Made by a program: the position numbers and the translations under genes. Source: the human T2T-CHM13v2.0 reference genome, Homo sapiens. Taken from it: 64,000 bases of DNA. The stretch lies in NCBI RefSeq assembly GCF_009914755.1, contig NC_060938.1. One strand, written 5' to 3'. Below the pieces are notes generated by a model. The model was not told the DNA's origin. It made no database searches and saw only the letters and a program-made list of their open reading frames with translations. Each line of letters begins with the position of its first letter. Position 1 is the first letter of the stretch. Of this stretch, positions 17,242 to 35,976 are shown piece after piece.

Positions 17242-18337
17242 TTAGTGGTATAATGGTATAAATGTCTTTCTAGAAACCTTCTAGAAGCTGCCTTCCTAAA
17301 ATTCCAATTCACTAATTCTAGATCTGCCTTTCAGTGACACACTGTGCCACACGTTGCAGGATATACAGAACCTTTGGCCCCAATTATGGTGACAGTCAAA
17401 AATATCTCAAGCTTTCAGAACACCTAGTGGTTGGGGCTTGTGAGGGCAATACCTCCATGTCTTTGACACAAGGTCCACCTTGTGCAGTTCCTGAATCATA
17501 GTAGGTGTTCCATAAGTGATTGCTTTTATTATGACAAGTTTCCCATTCCCTTCCTGCCTCTTGGTTGCCCTCCAGGGCGTAGTAGGAAGACGGCATGGTG
17601 TACTGGAAAGGGCATGGGAAGGGAGAGCTCCCCAAAACCCAAACACCGCCTGTTCTCAGGGACCTCAGCACCTCACAGCCTCCTTCAGAGGAAACCACAT
17701 GTTGAGAAAGAGACCTTTTCCCCACTCCGGGAGGGACTGACGGCAGTCTTCAGTGGTATCCTGTTTAAATTTGGAGGGCTGTGTTGATTCTAACTTAGAG
17801 ACCTCCTAGAGTGTGATTGAGAAGTTCAGAGCACAGCCTCCCACTTGGAATCACATGTTCAGGAGACAGGCTATCAGACAGGATTGAGGATATCTCCCCA
17901 CATGGATGGGGCATGTTTAGCTAGGAATAGAAAAGAGATTCTTGGTAAACCAAGACATTAGAGAAAATGGCAGGAAATCTGGTCCATAACAACTTTTAGG
18001 GACCTCAGTAGAAAGACTGATTTTCACAGATTTGGTTTTAGTCCGTGTGGGCTACCACCTTAAAGTGGTCAGACATGTTGAGAGAATCAAAGATTCCTGG
18101 TTTTATAACTAAATAGGGATATCTTACATGTTTAATGCTCTTTATGGTTAATGGAGCACTTTTCATGTCTATTATTTCATTCTCCCAGTAAGGATAATGG
18201 TACAAGAATTATCATCACCATTTTGCTAAATAGGTGGACATAAAACCAGGTAATCAGTTATGGAGAAAATATATAGTAAGTTATAGTACCATTAGCCAAA
18301 ATCTAACCTAAATCTTACATTCAGGGTGACAAACCTA

Positions 18338-18680
<343 letters not shown>

Positions 18681-18699
18681 TGTTAGTGAGTTCTCAGGC

Positions 18700-19300
18700 T
18701 GAATTAGTAGAAGTAGAGTGAATTGATAGAAGTAGAATAAATTAATAGAGTAAATTAATAGAGGTGGAGCAAATTCATGGAGGCAGAGGTCCAGAAGAAG
18801 GGAGACTGCAGTCCTGCTCTGCTCTGCTCTGCTCTGCTCTGCGTGGGTCATTCTTCCCGCAGAATGCTGGGACTGCATCTGAGTACAACAAACTGGAATC
18901 TACAAGAAGAAGGGCATCCAAACTGGTGAAAGATCTGAAAGCGGGATAATATGGGGAACAATCGAAGGAGTAACAAGAGATATTTACTTGAAGAAGATAG
19001 AAACTGAAGGGGGCATGACTGCGATTTTCAAGTCTCTGAAGGGTTCCATGTGGAAGAGAAATCTCACTTTCAATGTGGACCCCGGAGAACAGACCTAGGA
19101 ATATTGCGTGGATGCTATAATGAAGAAGATATTAACGCAGTAAAAGGATGAGCTTTCTTACAAGCATACTGTTGAAAGATGGAAAGTGTTACATTGCCAG
19201 CCTGAGAGGTAAGATTCTGGGAAAGACAGTTTGTCATCAAGTAGAGACTTGGATGAGATGAGACCTCCAAAGCCTTTGCCAGTCTGTAGATTCTGTAGTT
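18700..19300 (+). mobile_element. L3/CR1 LINE remnant containing a (CTGCT)n run at about 18814-18842
   Basis: acaaactggaatc..agaagggcatccaaactggtgaaagatctgaaa..ttttcaagtctctgaaggg..catgtggaagag resembles the CR1/L3 3' region. Confidence 0.55.
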
Positions 19301-19420
19301 TTTAGATCCAGGCATATATGGGGTCAAGAAGATAGTTCTCCACCATCAAGCATCTTTCTTTTTTGTAGAGGACTCTTGACTCTTTTTACCCAGAGGCCCC
19401 CAAAACATGTGAAGGCAGTA

Positions 19421-19754
19421 CAGTCATGCACCTCTTAATGATGAGGATACATCCTGAGAAATGCGCCCCTGGGGGATTTTGTTGTCATGTGAGTGTGCTC
19501 ACACAAACCTAGATGGTACAGCCTACTACACACCTAGGCTGTATGGTATAGCCTGTTGCTCCTAGGCTACAAACCCATACAGCATGTTACTGTACCGAAT
19601 ACTGCAGGCAGTTGTAACACAGTGGTATTTGTGTGTATAAATATACGTGAGCATAGAAAAAGTATAGTAAAAATACCGTACTATAGTCTTATGGGACCAC
19701 CATCATATATGCAGTCTGTTGTTGACCAAAACATCATTATGTGGTCCATGATTA
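19421..19754 (+). mobile_element. Tigger3a (TcMar-Tigger MITE)
   Basis: TA-flanked cagtcatgca..catgatta. Internal acacaaacctagatggtacagcctactacacacctaggct matches Tigger3. Confidence 0.88.
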
Positions 19755-19974
19755 TATATGGAGTTGCAAGACCTTCCTTTAAATGAAGAGGAAAGGCACT
19801 CCTACACTCCCCAGAATAAAACTTGTGTAAACGTTGTAATTATGGGCTCCTATGCAAAAAGTATGACATTTTAAAATGTTAATCCTTCAGCAAGTGTCCA
19901 GATCAGTCCTGCCAAACCTTGGAGAATTATTTTTAAAATAAAGCTGATAAGGAGATCCCAACGAGGCCTCCAAA

Positions 19975-22097
19975 AACAAAAAGTTGAAAGTAAAAAATTG
20001 GAAAAAGATAAACCTTACAAACACCAAAAGAAATTGATGTGGCTATGTTAATATCAGACAAAGCAGACTTTAAGGCAATAAGTATTCCTAAAGATAATGA
20101 CAGACCTTTTTAATGCTAAAAGGGCAATTGAAAAAGAAGTCATAGCATCCCTACATTTGTATGAATCCATTCATATATCTTCAAAACACATAACGCAAAA
20201 ATCTAAAGGGAGAAGAGACAAATTCAGAAGCATAGTTGGAGATTCTAATCATACCTCCAAGCTACTAATTGAATAAAGACATAGAAATAAGTAAAGACAG
20301 AAAACTTGAATAACATTATTAACCAACTTGAGCTAATTTTCATTTGTAGAAACTATAGCCAACAACTGTACGATGCATAGTCTTCTCAAGTAAACAAAAC
20401 ATTTACCAAAATAGACCATATGCTGGGCCATAAAGCAAGTGTCAAGTTAAAAAGGATGGAACTCACACAGAGTATGTTCTTTGACCACAGAGGAATTAAA
20501 CCAGAAATTAGTAACAGAGGGTAACTTTTAAAATCTCCAAATGTTTGGAAATTAAGTGGTCTAATACTGGATGAACCATGAGACAGAAAAGAAATCACAG
20601 TGTAAACTAGAAAATATTTTGAACTGAACAGTAATGACAATATAACATAGCAATACTTGTGGGACGCAGCTAGAACAGTACATATGAGCCAGGCGCAGTG
20701 GCTCATGCCTGTAATCCCGGCATTTTGGGAGGCCAATGAGGGAGGACCACCTGGGGCCAGGAGTTTTGAGACCATCCTGGTCAATATAGTGGGACTCCAA
20801 AATCCACCTCTACCAACAAAAAATTTTTTAATTAACTGGGTGTGGTGGCATGTGCCTGTAGTCCTTGCTACTCAGGAGGCTGAAGCTGGAGGATCACTTG
20901 AGCCAAGGAGTTTGAGGCTGCAGTGAGCCATGGTGGTACTACTGCACTCCAGCCTGGACAACAAAGTGATAACCTTGTCTCAAAAAAAAAGCCCCAAAAA
21001 GTACATATGGGGAAATTTATAGCTATAAATGCATATATTAGAAAAAGAAGAGTATTTGAAAATCAGTGATCTATGCCACTATCTCAAGATGGTAGAAGAA
21101 AAATGAAAGCAAATTAAACCCAACAAAAGTAGAAGGAAGGAAAAAATAAAAACTAATGAAATAGAAAGCAGATGTATGATAGAGAAACACAAAATGTCGC
21201 GGTTTTTTTGAATGAGAAAGTTGGTTCTTTGAAAAAAAATTAAATTAATAAACCTTTATTGAGAGTGAGAAAGAGAAAACACAAATTGCCAATATAATGA
21301 ATGAAAGGGGAAATCACTACAGATCCTATAAACTAAAAACATAGAATATCGTTAGTAATAACCTTGTGCCGGTAAACTTGACAGCTTAGATAAGATGGAC
21401 ATATTCCTTGAAAAACATAAAGAAGAAACAATGCCAGTCTTACATTACTCCTTCGGAGATGAGAGAAACAAAGCCTGCTTCCTATAATGTCTTCTTACAA
21501 CCATGCTGTATAACCATGATACAAAAACTGCACAAAAACCTTACAAGAAAAGAAAATTACAAGTTATTATTTCTAATGAACAATAATGCAGTAAGTAAGC
21601 CTGAACAAACGATTAATGACTTGAATCTAATAATGTATTAAAAAGAAAATTTTGAAAAATAAGATTTATTCCAGGAATGCAAGATTGATTTAATGGAATA
21701 AAGCCGGAAAACCGTAAGGTCATCTCACAGATGGAGAAAAAGCATTTGGTAAAATTCAGTATCCCTTCATGATAAAAACTGAGGAAACTAGGAATTAAAA
21801 GTACAAAAGTGATTTATTTAATCAGATAAAGGGTATCTACAAACAACAACAAAACAAAAACCATAGCTGACGTCATAGTATCCCACTTTCCACCTGAATT
21901 CAAGAACAAGACAAGAATGTTCACTCTCACCTCTTTGATTTAGCAGTTGGAAAGGAAGAAGCAAAACCATCTCGCATTGCAGATGACTTAATAGTGTATG
22001 TGGAAAATGTGAAAGTAGCTACAAACTATTATAGTAATATAATAATATATACTAATATTATATTAAGTGAATTTGGCATGGTCACTGGATAGAAGAT
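19975..22097 (+). mobile_element. Degenerate L1M ORF2 region, interrupted by an AluJ at 20687-21000
   Basis: A-rich L1 motifs (aaaatagaccatatgctgggccataaag, gaaaaagcatttggtaaaattcagtatcccttcatgataaaaact). No intact ORF. Confidence 0.85.
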
Positions 22098-24060
<1,963 letters not shown>

Positions 24061-24834
24061 GTGGATCCTTTGACTCACTCTAAGCAGAGTAAACAAAGAG
24101 GTGGAACCATTAGGTACTGAGATTTTAGCTGTTGGCTGGTCAGGTCTGGCAGTTAATAAACACTGGCCACCTCAACAAATGGTCAAGTGACATTGGCCTT
24201 GTGTCACTGCACATACATCCAAAACACATTGCACTGGACTCTCCTGTTTTAGAAGTCAATTTTCAAATAATAAATATAAATTTTGTAATGGTCATGTCTC
24301 TCTAGCCATTTGGCTTACAGGGATATATCCTGTAGAAATACATCTTCACAGGAATATTCAGTGCAGTATTATTTATAATATTATCTTCATCTTACATGTG
24401 AGGAAACTGATATGAGCAACTTGTCTAAGGTTATACAGCTGAAAAGTAATAACGCCAGGGTTTTAATGCAGAACCCTCTGACGTAAAACCCTCTGCTCAT
24501 TCCTTGTACCTAGTATGCTTGTCTTCAAAGCAGTCATAGACCGTTGGGGGCTGTGTGTAGACACCAAACAGCAGCAGTTGGTGAGCAGCCTTTGTACTGC
24601 AGTTGTAGATAGAACAGAAACGGCAGGGCCAGGGGCCTTCAATCAGCGACCAAGCATGTGTGGCAGAGCCCAGAGAACTTACAGAACTGGGATACGTCCT
24701 CTAGAAAGGCTTCACTGCACTCTCTCAGTCCCATATCCTAAAACTTCCTGAGTTGGAAGTGATTTATGAGGCTCCAAAGGTTAGTGCTAGGACCAGAGAG
24801 GGAATTATAGGAAGAAGGATTTCAGCTCATTATA

Positions 24835-25163
24835 CAACAGTCCTCCACTTAGCTGTGGCTTTGCTTTCTGAGGTTTCACATACCCAAGATCCACTGCAGG
24901 CTGAAAATATTAATTAAATGGGAAATTCCAGAAATAAGTCATAAATTTTAAATTATGTGCCATTCCAAATATTATAATTGTTCCATTTTATTATTAGTTA
25001 TTGTTGTTAATCTCTGACTATGGCTAATTTATGAGTTAAATTTTATCATAGGTATGTATGTATAGGAAAAAACATAGTCTATATAGGGTTCTGTACTACC
25101 CACATTTCAGGTATCCACTGGGGGTCTTGGAACCAATTCTGCATGGATAAGCGGGGACTACCA
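24835..25163 (+). mobile_element. MER44-type (TcMar-Tigger) element
   Basis: ataggtatgtatgtataggaaaaaacatag..tccactgggggtcttggaac..ggataagcggggactac, flanked by TA. Confidence 0.82.
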
Positions 25164-25507
25164 TACTGGCAACAAAAAAAAATCACGAAGTCCTCGGCTT
25201 CTAAATCCAATTTCCCCATTAGCTTACTGTGTAACTTTGGACAAGTCACTCATTCTCCCTGGACCTCATTTCCTGACTGTAAAAAGAGCGGATTGAGTTA
25301 GATAATCCCTAAGGTGCTATTTAGCCCCTTCAGTGGTTGTCTGCTGGCCATATTGTCCATATTCTGGATTAGGCGTCATCTGCCCCTCAATTCTCATTTC
25401 CCCCCCAAGAGCCACTTTGAGGTTTGGAAAAAAAGAAAAATTCTCACTCATCTTAAGTTCCTCTCTAAGAATGTAGCCAACCAGAGAGTTCAAATCATAG
25501 GGTTCTA

Positions 25508-26148
<641 letters not shown>

Positions 26149-26748
26149 TCAAATCATAGGGTTCTAAATTTCATTTCCCCAGAATATCTCCTCACGTATC
26201 TGGAGACAGTAGTCGTGAGACACTAAAGTATCTTTTATCTTGCTTCAGTATCTCTTAACCATTCCTGATATAAGGTGGTTTCAAGACCTTCTTCAATTTT
26301 TAAAGCATTTTCCTCTGGCTTGCTTCAGTTTGCTACTGTCCACTAGAAATGCAACACCAAAAATGAAAACAAAAAACTTGAACACAGAACTTCTGATAGG
26401 GACTTACCAGGGCAGAATGGAGCAGGTTCTTCTCTTCCCTCATGCTGGTCACTGTACCACTGTTAATGTGTCCTATAATCTAAAGAGCTGTTTTCACAAC
26501 AGTTAACTTTGCTGGTTCTTATTATTTGGTAGTTATTAGTTACTAGTTATTATTTGCTAGTTCTTATGAGTCCTTTTTCTGATGACCTATAACTAAACCT
26601 AGTCACCCCCAGTCTAGTTCTTTTGGTTTAGCTGTGTGTGCATGTGAATCTATACCCCTGGCACAAAGAGCAAAAAAACAGAGAACTACCCTGGAACTTG
26701 TGTGTAGTTGTTGGCCAAAATATGTGCCTGTCAATATGTAACAATTAA

Positions 26749-27094
<346 letters not shown>

Positions 27095-28156
27095 TGATTT
27101 AGTGTACTGTGTGTGTGTCCCCTCTTTCCCTGCCTGTGCCTGTCATAGGAAGACCCAAGCCCACCTTCCACCCAAGACTTGGAAAACAGCTTTTCTGGAT
27201 GTCACTCATGTTTGCTGTCCTCTGGCTTTACCTTATCCAGCAGCACAGCAGTGTGGAGCAATAAAGGAAAGTGATAAATCAGCATAGAGAGCGTTATCCC
27301 CAACCTCAGATCACACAGTCCTTGCAACCTTAAAGCCAGACAAAATCTGAGAAATCATCTTGTACTTCTAAAGCAAAATCCTTTCCATGGCGTCTCTAAG
27401 AGCTGGCTCTCCGGCCTCATCCAGACTCTGCTTGCATACTTCCATTCGTAGAGATCTTCATATTTCTCCATTCAGTCACTGGCAGCCTACCTTGTGCCAG
27501 GAGCTGTGTCAGTTACTTTCTCATATATAATTTAATCCTCACAACACACTGTGAGGGTGCCATGCCATAGCCATATCACATTCTTCTCCATTTGACAGAC
27601 CAGAAAACCGATCATTCATAAGTGTCATGATGTTAGATCATCTGACTCCAAGCTAGAAGGGATGGGAAGCAGAATGAGGGCTCCAGCCCCAGCATCTTTT
27701 CCTCCAGGGCACGACTTAGGAATATAGTCTTAAAGTACTTTGAAATAATCTTCTTTTAAATCTCTGAAAGAGCAGAAGTTTAGAGGTCAGGCAGACCTGG
27801 TGTTGAATCCCCTAGCAGCTTGTAAGCACCTGAATGTCTGGATTCTGTCGTCTCTGTATCCTTCCCTGCTGGGCCTGGCATTGCTCCTGGCAGTCAGTTG
27901 ATGCTTTTTGATTGAGTAATAAGATATGAATAATGCTGTATACATGTGTGGTACATAAACTTTCCCAAGTTATTCTTTCGACACATAGCCCACTTATTAA
28001 TGCATTCAAAGTACTAGACACTATGCAGAGGGCTATAGGAGGCATAAATATGAATTATAGAAGACTTGCCCTTAGGAGCTTTATATCTAGAAGGTAAGCT
28101 ATAAATAAGATACGTATCACAATGTGATCTTCGCAGTAACCCCATTGGATTGGTAA

Positions 28157-28711
<555 letters not shown>

Positions 28712-29049
28712 TAGGGCTTTGTCTTGGCCTGATGCTGAGACCCTCTCTTGTTCTACCTCTGCCCTCCCACAGCTCTGGCTCTCCGGGTATCCTAGCACTG
28801 TCACTGCATTGAGCTGAGGTTGCATGTGTTCTCAGAGAAACCTGCTGCCTGCCTTTAGATTTAGAGATATTAACAATTCAGAGGAGGAAAGAATGGAGTT
28901 TGTATCTCTTTGCCACTTGTGAGATATAGATTTGTACAGATGTGTCCCTGAAGCCACATATCCAGATCTGTTTTAAACTTGCCATCCTGTTTCCATATTC
29001 CAGAGCAAACATTTGAGAGAGATGGGAGAAAACAGTCAAGAATTTATTT

Positions 29050-29760
29050 TTGAATTTAATTATTCATTCATATGTTTAACAAAAGTTTATTAAATGCTTA
29101 CTGAGGGCAAGAAACCGTGTAGGCAAAATAGATAAGAAATGAACAGCGGCCTTCCCCTCAAGGCATTTAGTTTTTCATGGTAGACAGGTTCATAAACAGC
29201 TAACTGGAATGTATTGCAGTAAGTGTTTAAATAAAGGTACGTGCAAGGTACTTAGGGACCACAGAATAGGACATAAGTAACTGCCCTTCAGAGCCGCCAA
29301 GGGAGACCTCCACAGTGGTGGTGCCGTCTGAGCCGGAGTTCTGGGTGAGCAGTTCACAGGCAGAGGCAGGAGTGGGCATCGCAGGCGGGAAAAGCAGCAA
29401 AGGCAGAAGGGCCTGAGTGAGCCCGTAGTGCTGGGAAGAGGGCGATGCAGCATTTCTGGGGCCTGGAGTGCAGATAGGAAAGAGATTGGAAATGAAATTG
29501 GAAAGGCATCAGGGCTTGCACAGTGAAAGGCCCCAAATACCTGGAAGACTTTGGGCTTGCTTGATACTTAGGGTAGACATTGGGAGAGGGGCTAGCAAAA
29601 AGTTTCTCAGCAGGACAGTTAAAGCAAAGAAGCAGAATTACATGTGGCTTTTATTGGACATTTGCAGTGGTAGCTTTGGAGGGAGAAACAAGGCTTTCCC
29701 AGGATGGGTGTCTTGATTGACTGGGTTATGGTCCTGCCATCGGCTGGAGAGCCTACCTTG
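29050..29760 (-). mobile_element. L2 fragment
   Basis: attcattca..tttattaaatgcttactg at the start, then antisense L2 body motifs. Confidence 0.6.
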
Positions 29761-30108
29761 GGAGAACTTGGTAGTTAAGAACCAGGCATGGAGTCACACT
29801 GGTCAGTTTGAGTCCTGGTTCTGACATATGCTAGCAGAGGAACTCTTGAGCAAGTTACTGAATGTTTTTGTGCCTCAATTTCCTTACCTATAAAATCGGG
29901 GGATATAGAGTTGTTTTTACATTTAAATGAACTAGAATGTAAAATGTTTCTCAGGTTGCCTGGCCTAGTAACAACTCTATTAGCATTTGTGAGTATTATT
30001 ACGATCATTATTGTTGCTGCTGCTGTTACTGCTATCAGAATTGAGGTGGGAAATGAAGAGACATAGTACTCAGAACCTGGAGGGCTGTGGCATTTAAATA
30101 TCTACTGG

Positions 30109-30449
30109 CGCCAGGCGTGGTGGCTCAGGCCTATAATCCTAACACTTTGAGAGACCAAGGCAGAAGGATCACTTGAGGTCCGGAGTTCAAGACCAACCTA
30201 GGCAACATAGCAAGACCCTGTCTCTACAAAAAAAAAAAAAAAAAAAAGAAAAAGTGTGTACTGGGCCTGATATATTGGAGCTTTAGGACCCAGTTTAAGT
30301 GTTAGGAGATCTGGGCATTGTGGTGCATGCCTGCAATTCATGAGGCTGAGGTAGAAGAATCACTTGAGTCCAAGAGTTCGAGTCCAGCCTGGACAACATA
30401 GTGAGAGCCTGTGTCTTACATACAAACACACACCCACACACACACACAC
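30109..30449 (+). mobile_element. Two Alu monomer (FLAM-like) fragments followed by a short CA run
   Basis: Monomers at about 30109-30253 and 30309-30420. Confidence 0.8.
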
Positions 30450-30775
30450 TGTAGGAGAGTTTTGTGGTTTTTTTAAGTAAATAAAGAACATGTTTTGAAC
30501 ATGCTTCCCATGGGTCGTGCGTAGAGCAGGTACTGGCAGCTTTCCCTATCTTGACAATGCTCCAAAGTTTGTAGATTTTCTGCTTAGTACTTGGAGAGCA
30601 TGGTAAGGAAGCATCTTAATCATGGCAGTGTTGAGTGATGAGCACAGGGCCTGAGGCATCGTAAGTGCCCAGCAAATGTTTACTAAACTGTCTGTTTCCA
30701 CCCAAGAGCCATGAGGTGAATTTAACATTTCCGTCTGAACTTACCTCGCCTGCCTCCAGGATGTGGGAGTTAAGC

Positions 30776-30920
30776 TTTTTTTTTTTTTTTTAATTTTATT
30801 TTAGTAGAGACAGAGTTTCACTATGTTGGCCAGGATAGTCTTGATCTCCTGACCTTGTGATCCGCCCACCTTGGCCTTCCAAAGTGCTGGGATTACAGGC
30901 GTGAGCCACTGCGCCCGGCC
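30776..30920 (-). mobile_element. Alu left monomer only, AluSc/Y-type, with poly(A)
   Basis: tctcctgaccttgtgatccgccc diagnostic. No right arm. Confidence 0.88.
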
Positions 30921-30921
30921 C

Positions 30922-31105
30922 AGCTTTATTTTACTTGTACATGCAGATACTTGTAGTTTTTATTTAATTTAAGTGGTTGGTCTGAAAGTGCTTTTTTTTT
31001 TTGCCCCCAAGGTAGCTTTATTTTACTTGTACATGCAGATACCTTGGGGGCAAAAAAAAAAAAAAAAAACACTTTCAGAGCAAGTGCTTAAATTAAATAA
31101 AAACT
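30922..31105. repeat. Inverted repeat with arms of about 60 bp (30955-31014 and 31040-31105) plus a perfect 29-bp direct repeat (30922-50 and 31014-42)
   Basis: Read directly from the sequence; see findings. Confidence 0.95.
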
Positions 31106-31675
31106 GCTAGTTATTTTATTAAATTCACCAGAGAATCACAGGTAAATCTGTTAATCCTGCCCTCATTTTCAGATAAGAAAGCCATGCCGCATTATGAGGA
31201 AACAACTTCTCGTTGTCAGATAGTAAGATCCAGAACCCGACCTCCTACATTCCCTGGGGTTGAATGAGTGTCTTGTTGAGGCGGGGGCGGGAGACATCAG
31301 CTAGTTTGGATGTATGCATACAATGTGAGAGTACCCCAATTTGAAGCTTTCATGAGGAGGAACAGTTAGTTGTCCACTCTGGTTCAGCTGGTAGTGACCT
31401 CCTTTGCATGGACTGCAGGTCCTGCAGCCCACTGACGAATAAGCTTTTGCTTCAGCCGAGGTCCAAGCCTACTGACAATACCATGCGCAGATAAGCAGAT
31501 GCAACTTGATGAACTGTTAACACGTGTGTGCGCAGTTCCCAGTGCCAGACCGAGAAAGAAAATGTAGTCAGCACCAAAAGGCCCTCCCCGCAGTCCCTGC
31601 ACTTAAGAATAGATACGAAGTCCACTTTTGTTTTTGTTTTTGAGCGTCATGTAAATGAAATCATACAGTGTGTAT

Positions 31676-34202
<2,527 letters not shown>

Positions 34203-35945
34203 TTAAGAGGTTGTCATTTTATATTTTCCCAGAGAGTTTTTTTTTTTTTTTGAAGGAAAAGGATACCAAAAGTGACAAGAGCACACAGGGAGCTTTCAGA
34301 TGAGCTTGTGTTTTTGTTTTCTAAAAATATGCAAACAGTAGAAAGGCACACAGCCAAGGACAGATGTAGAAAAGTCAGCGTCCTGTAGGGATTGGATGCC
34401 AAGCTTTTCAAATATTGTTCTCTCCCTGGAATGTTTTCTTACCATCTCTGCTTATCAACATCCTCCCCAGCCCTCTGGATCCAGCCTAGTGCTCTCTCAG
34501 CAAAGCTTTCCTCCTCCCTCAACTTCTGTCTCCCCGCTTGGCCTCCTGGGACACTTGGTTTCTGCCTCTCTTTATCCATTTCCTCTTCATTTTGCCTGCT
34601 CATGTACTGATCTTTCCTCTCCTACTGGGTTTCCCTTTCTCTGGGAAGACTTCTGTGGCCCCCCATGCCCACCCCAGGTGAGGATGAGGCGCCCCTTCTA
34701 TGTGCTCCCCATGCTCCCCATTGCCATTCACCACTTTGTAACATTAAGGCCCGGCTGCTGTTTGGTCTCCCACAAGGCTGTTGTGAGAGGCAGAGACACA
34801 GCAGCTGACCTGGATCCCCATTGGATCCCAGCGCCCATCACAGTGCATGATGCATCCACAGACCCAAAAGAGCTGTTGAGTGTTGAGTGCATAGATACAA
34901 GCTCCTGAGGGCAAGGAGGTATGTGCTTTTCTCTGCGTTTTTCACATCCCGGCACCCAGGGCCCTGTGTGCTGTGGGTATATGCATGCACGTGCTGCAGG
35001 AGGGTGCGTGTGAGCGTGTGTGTGTGCATATGTACTTATTCTGAGCAAGTTACTTGATCTCCCTGTGCCCCAGTCGCCTGACCTGTACCTGCCCGTTGGT
35101 TGTTCTGAGGACTAACTGTGATCATCCCTTTAGAGTGCTCAGGACAGTTCCTAACACCAAGTAAGTGTTTGGTAAATAGTTGCTGTCTTTTTAAAACCCA
35201 CTGTGACCTTTTCAGGTGGCACTGGGCCGGGGACAAGTACATAGTCTACCTCTGCATTCAGCAGCCCCAGGGGACTTGACTTTTGAGTTCTTCTATTTAT
35301 TATGATGGTGGTGGTTTAAATCTTCTTCCTCTCAGGCAGACCTTCAGCCGTTACTTTTCTTTTTCTTTATTGTAATATCTGGTCCTGAAAGCTGAAAGTC
35401 ATTACTTTCATTGTTGATCAGATCTCTGGCTTTAGCTTCTCCTTTTCTCATATTGGATTAATTGGTTATTTATGTGGATAATACTGTCTCAAAGCATGAG
35501 TTATTCTCTGGGTTGTGCCTCCTAATTGGTGAAGGTGGCCACTTGGTTTATTTGAGACAATTCTAAGGAATAAGGAGCTCTCCACACTAGTGTGAGGGCC
35601 CCAGGGCAAAAGATGTTTTTCTGCTCCTCAGAAAGTTCTCAGAGAACTTGGCAAGGTTTTTATAAACCCTGCAAAGCTCCCGTTATGATGGGGATGAGGT
35701 AGTTCTGCATTAAAAATAGTCATAACAGTTACCAGTCCTCATAATAATTTTTATTGGAACTATCAGAAGTCTGAGTGCCTATTTGAGAAAGAGTTTCCTT
35801 GGATGAATCACTGCAGGAACATGAGAAAGAAACATGGCACTGTGAGATCAAATGTGTAGATAAATAATCCCCCGCTGAGCTGCAGTCACAAGTGAATTTA
35901 AAGATAGGAAGGGTTTTAGGGGTATATAATCCAGTTTCTCCTCTC

Positions 35946-35950
<5 letters not shown>

Positions 35951-35976
<26 letters not shown>
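35951..35976 (+). repeat. T26 mononucleotide run
   Basis: Counted directly. No adjacent Alu body. Confidence 0.9.
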
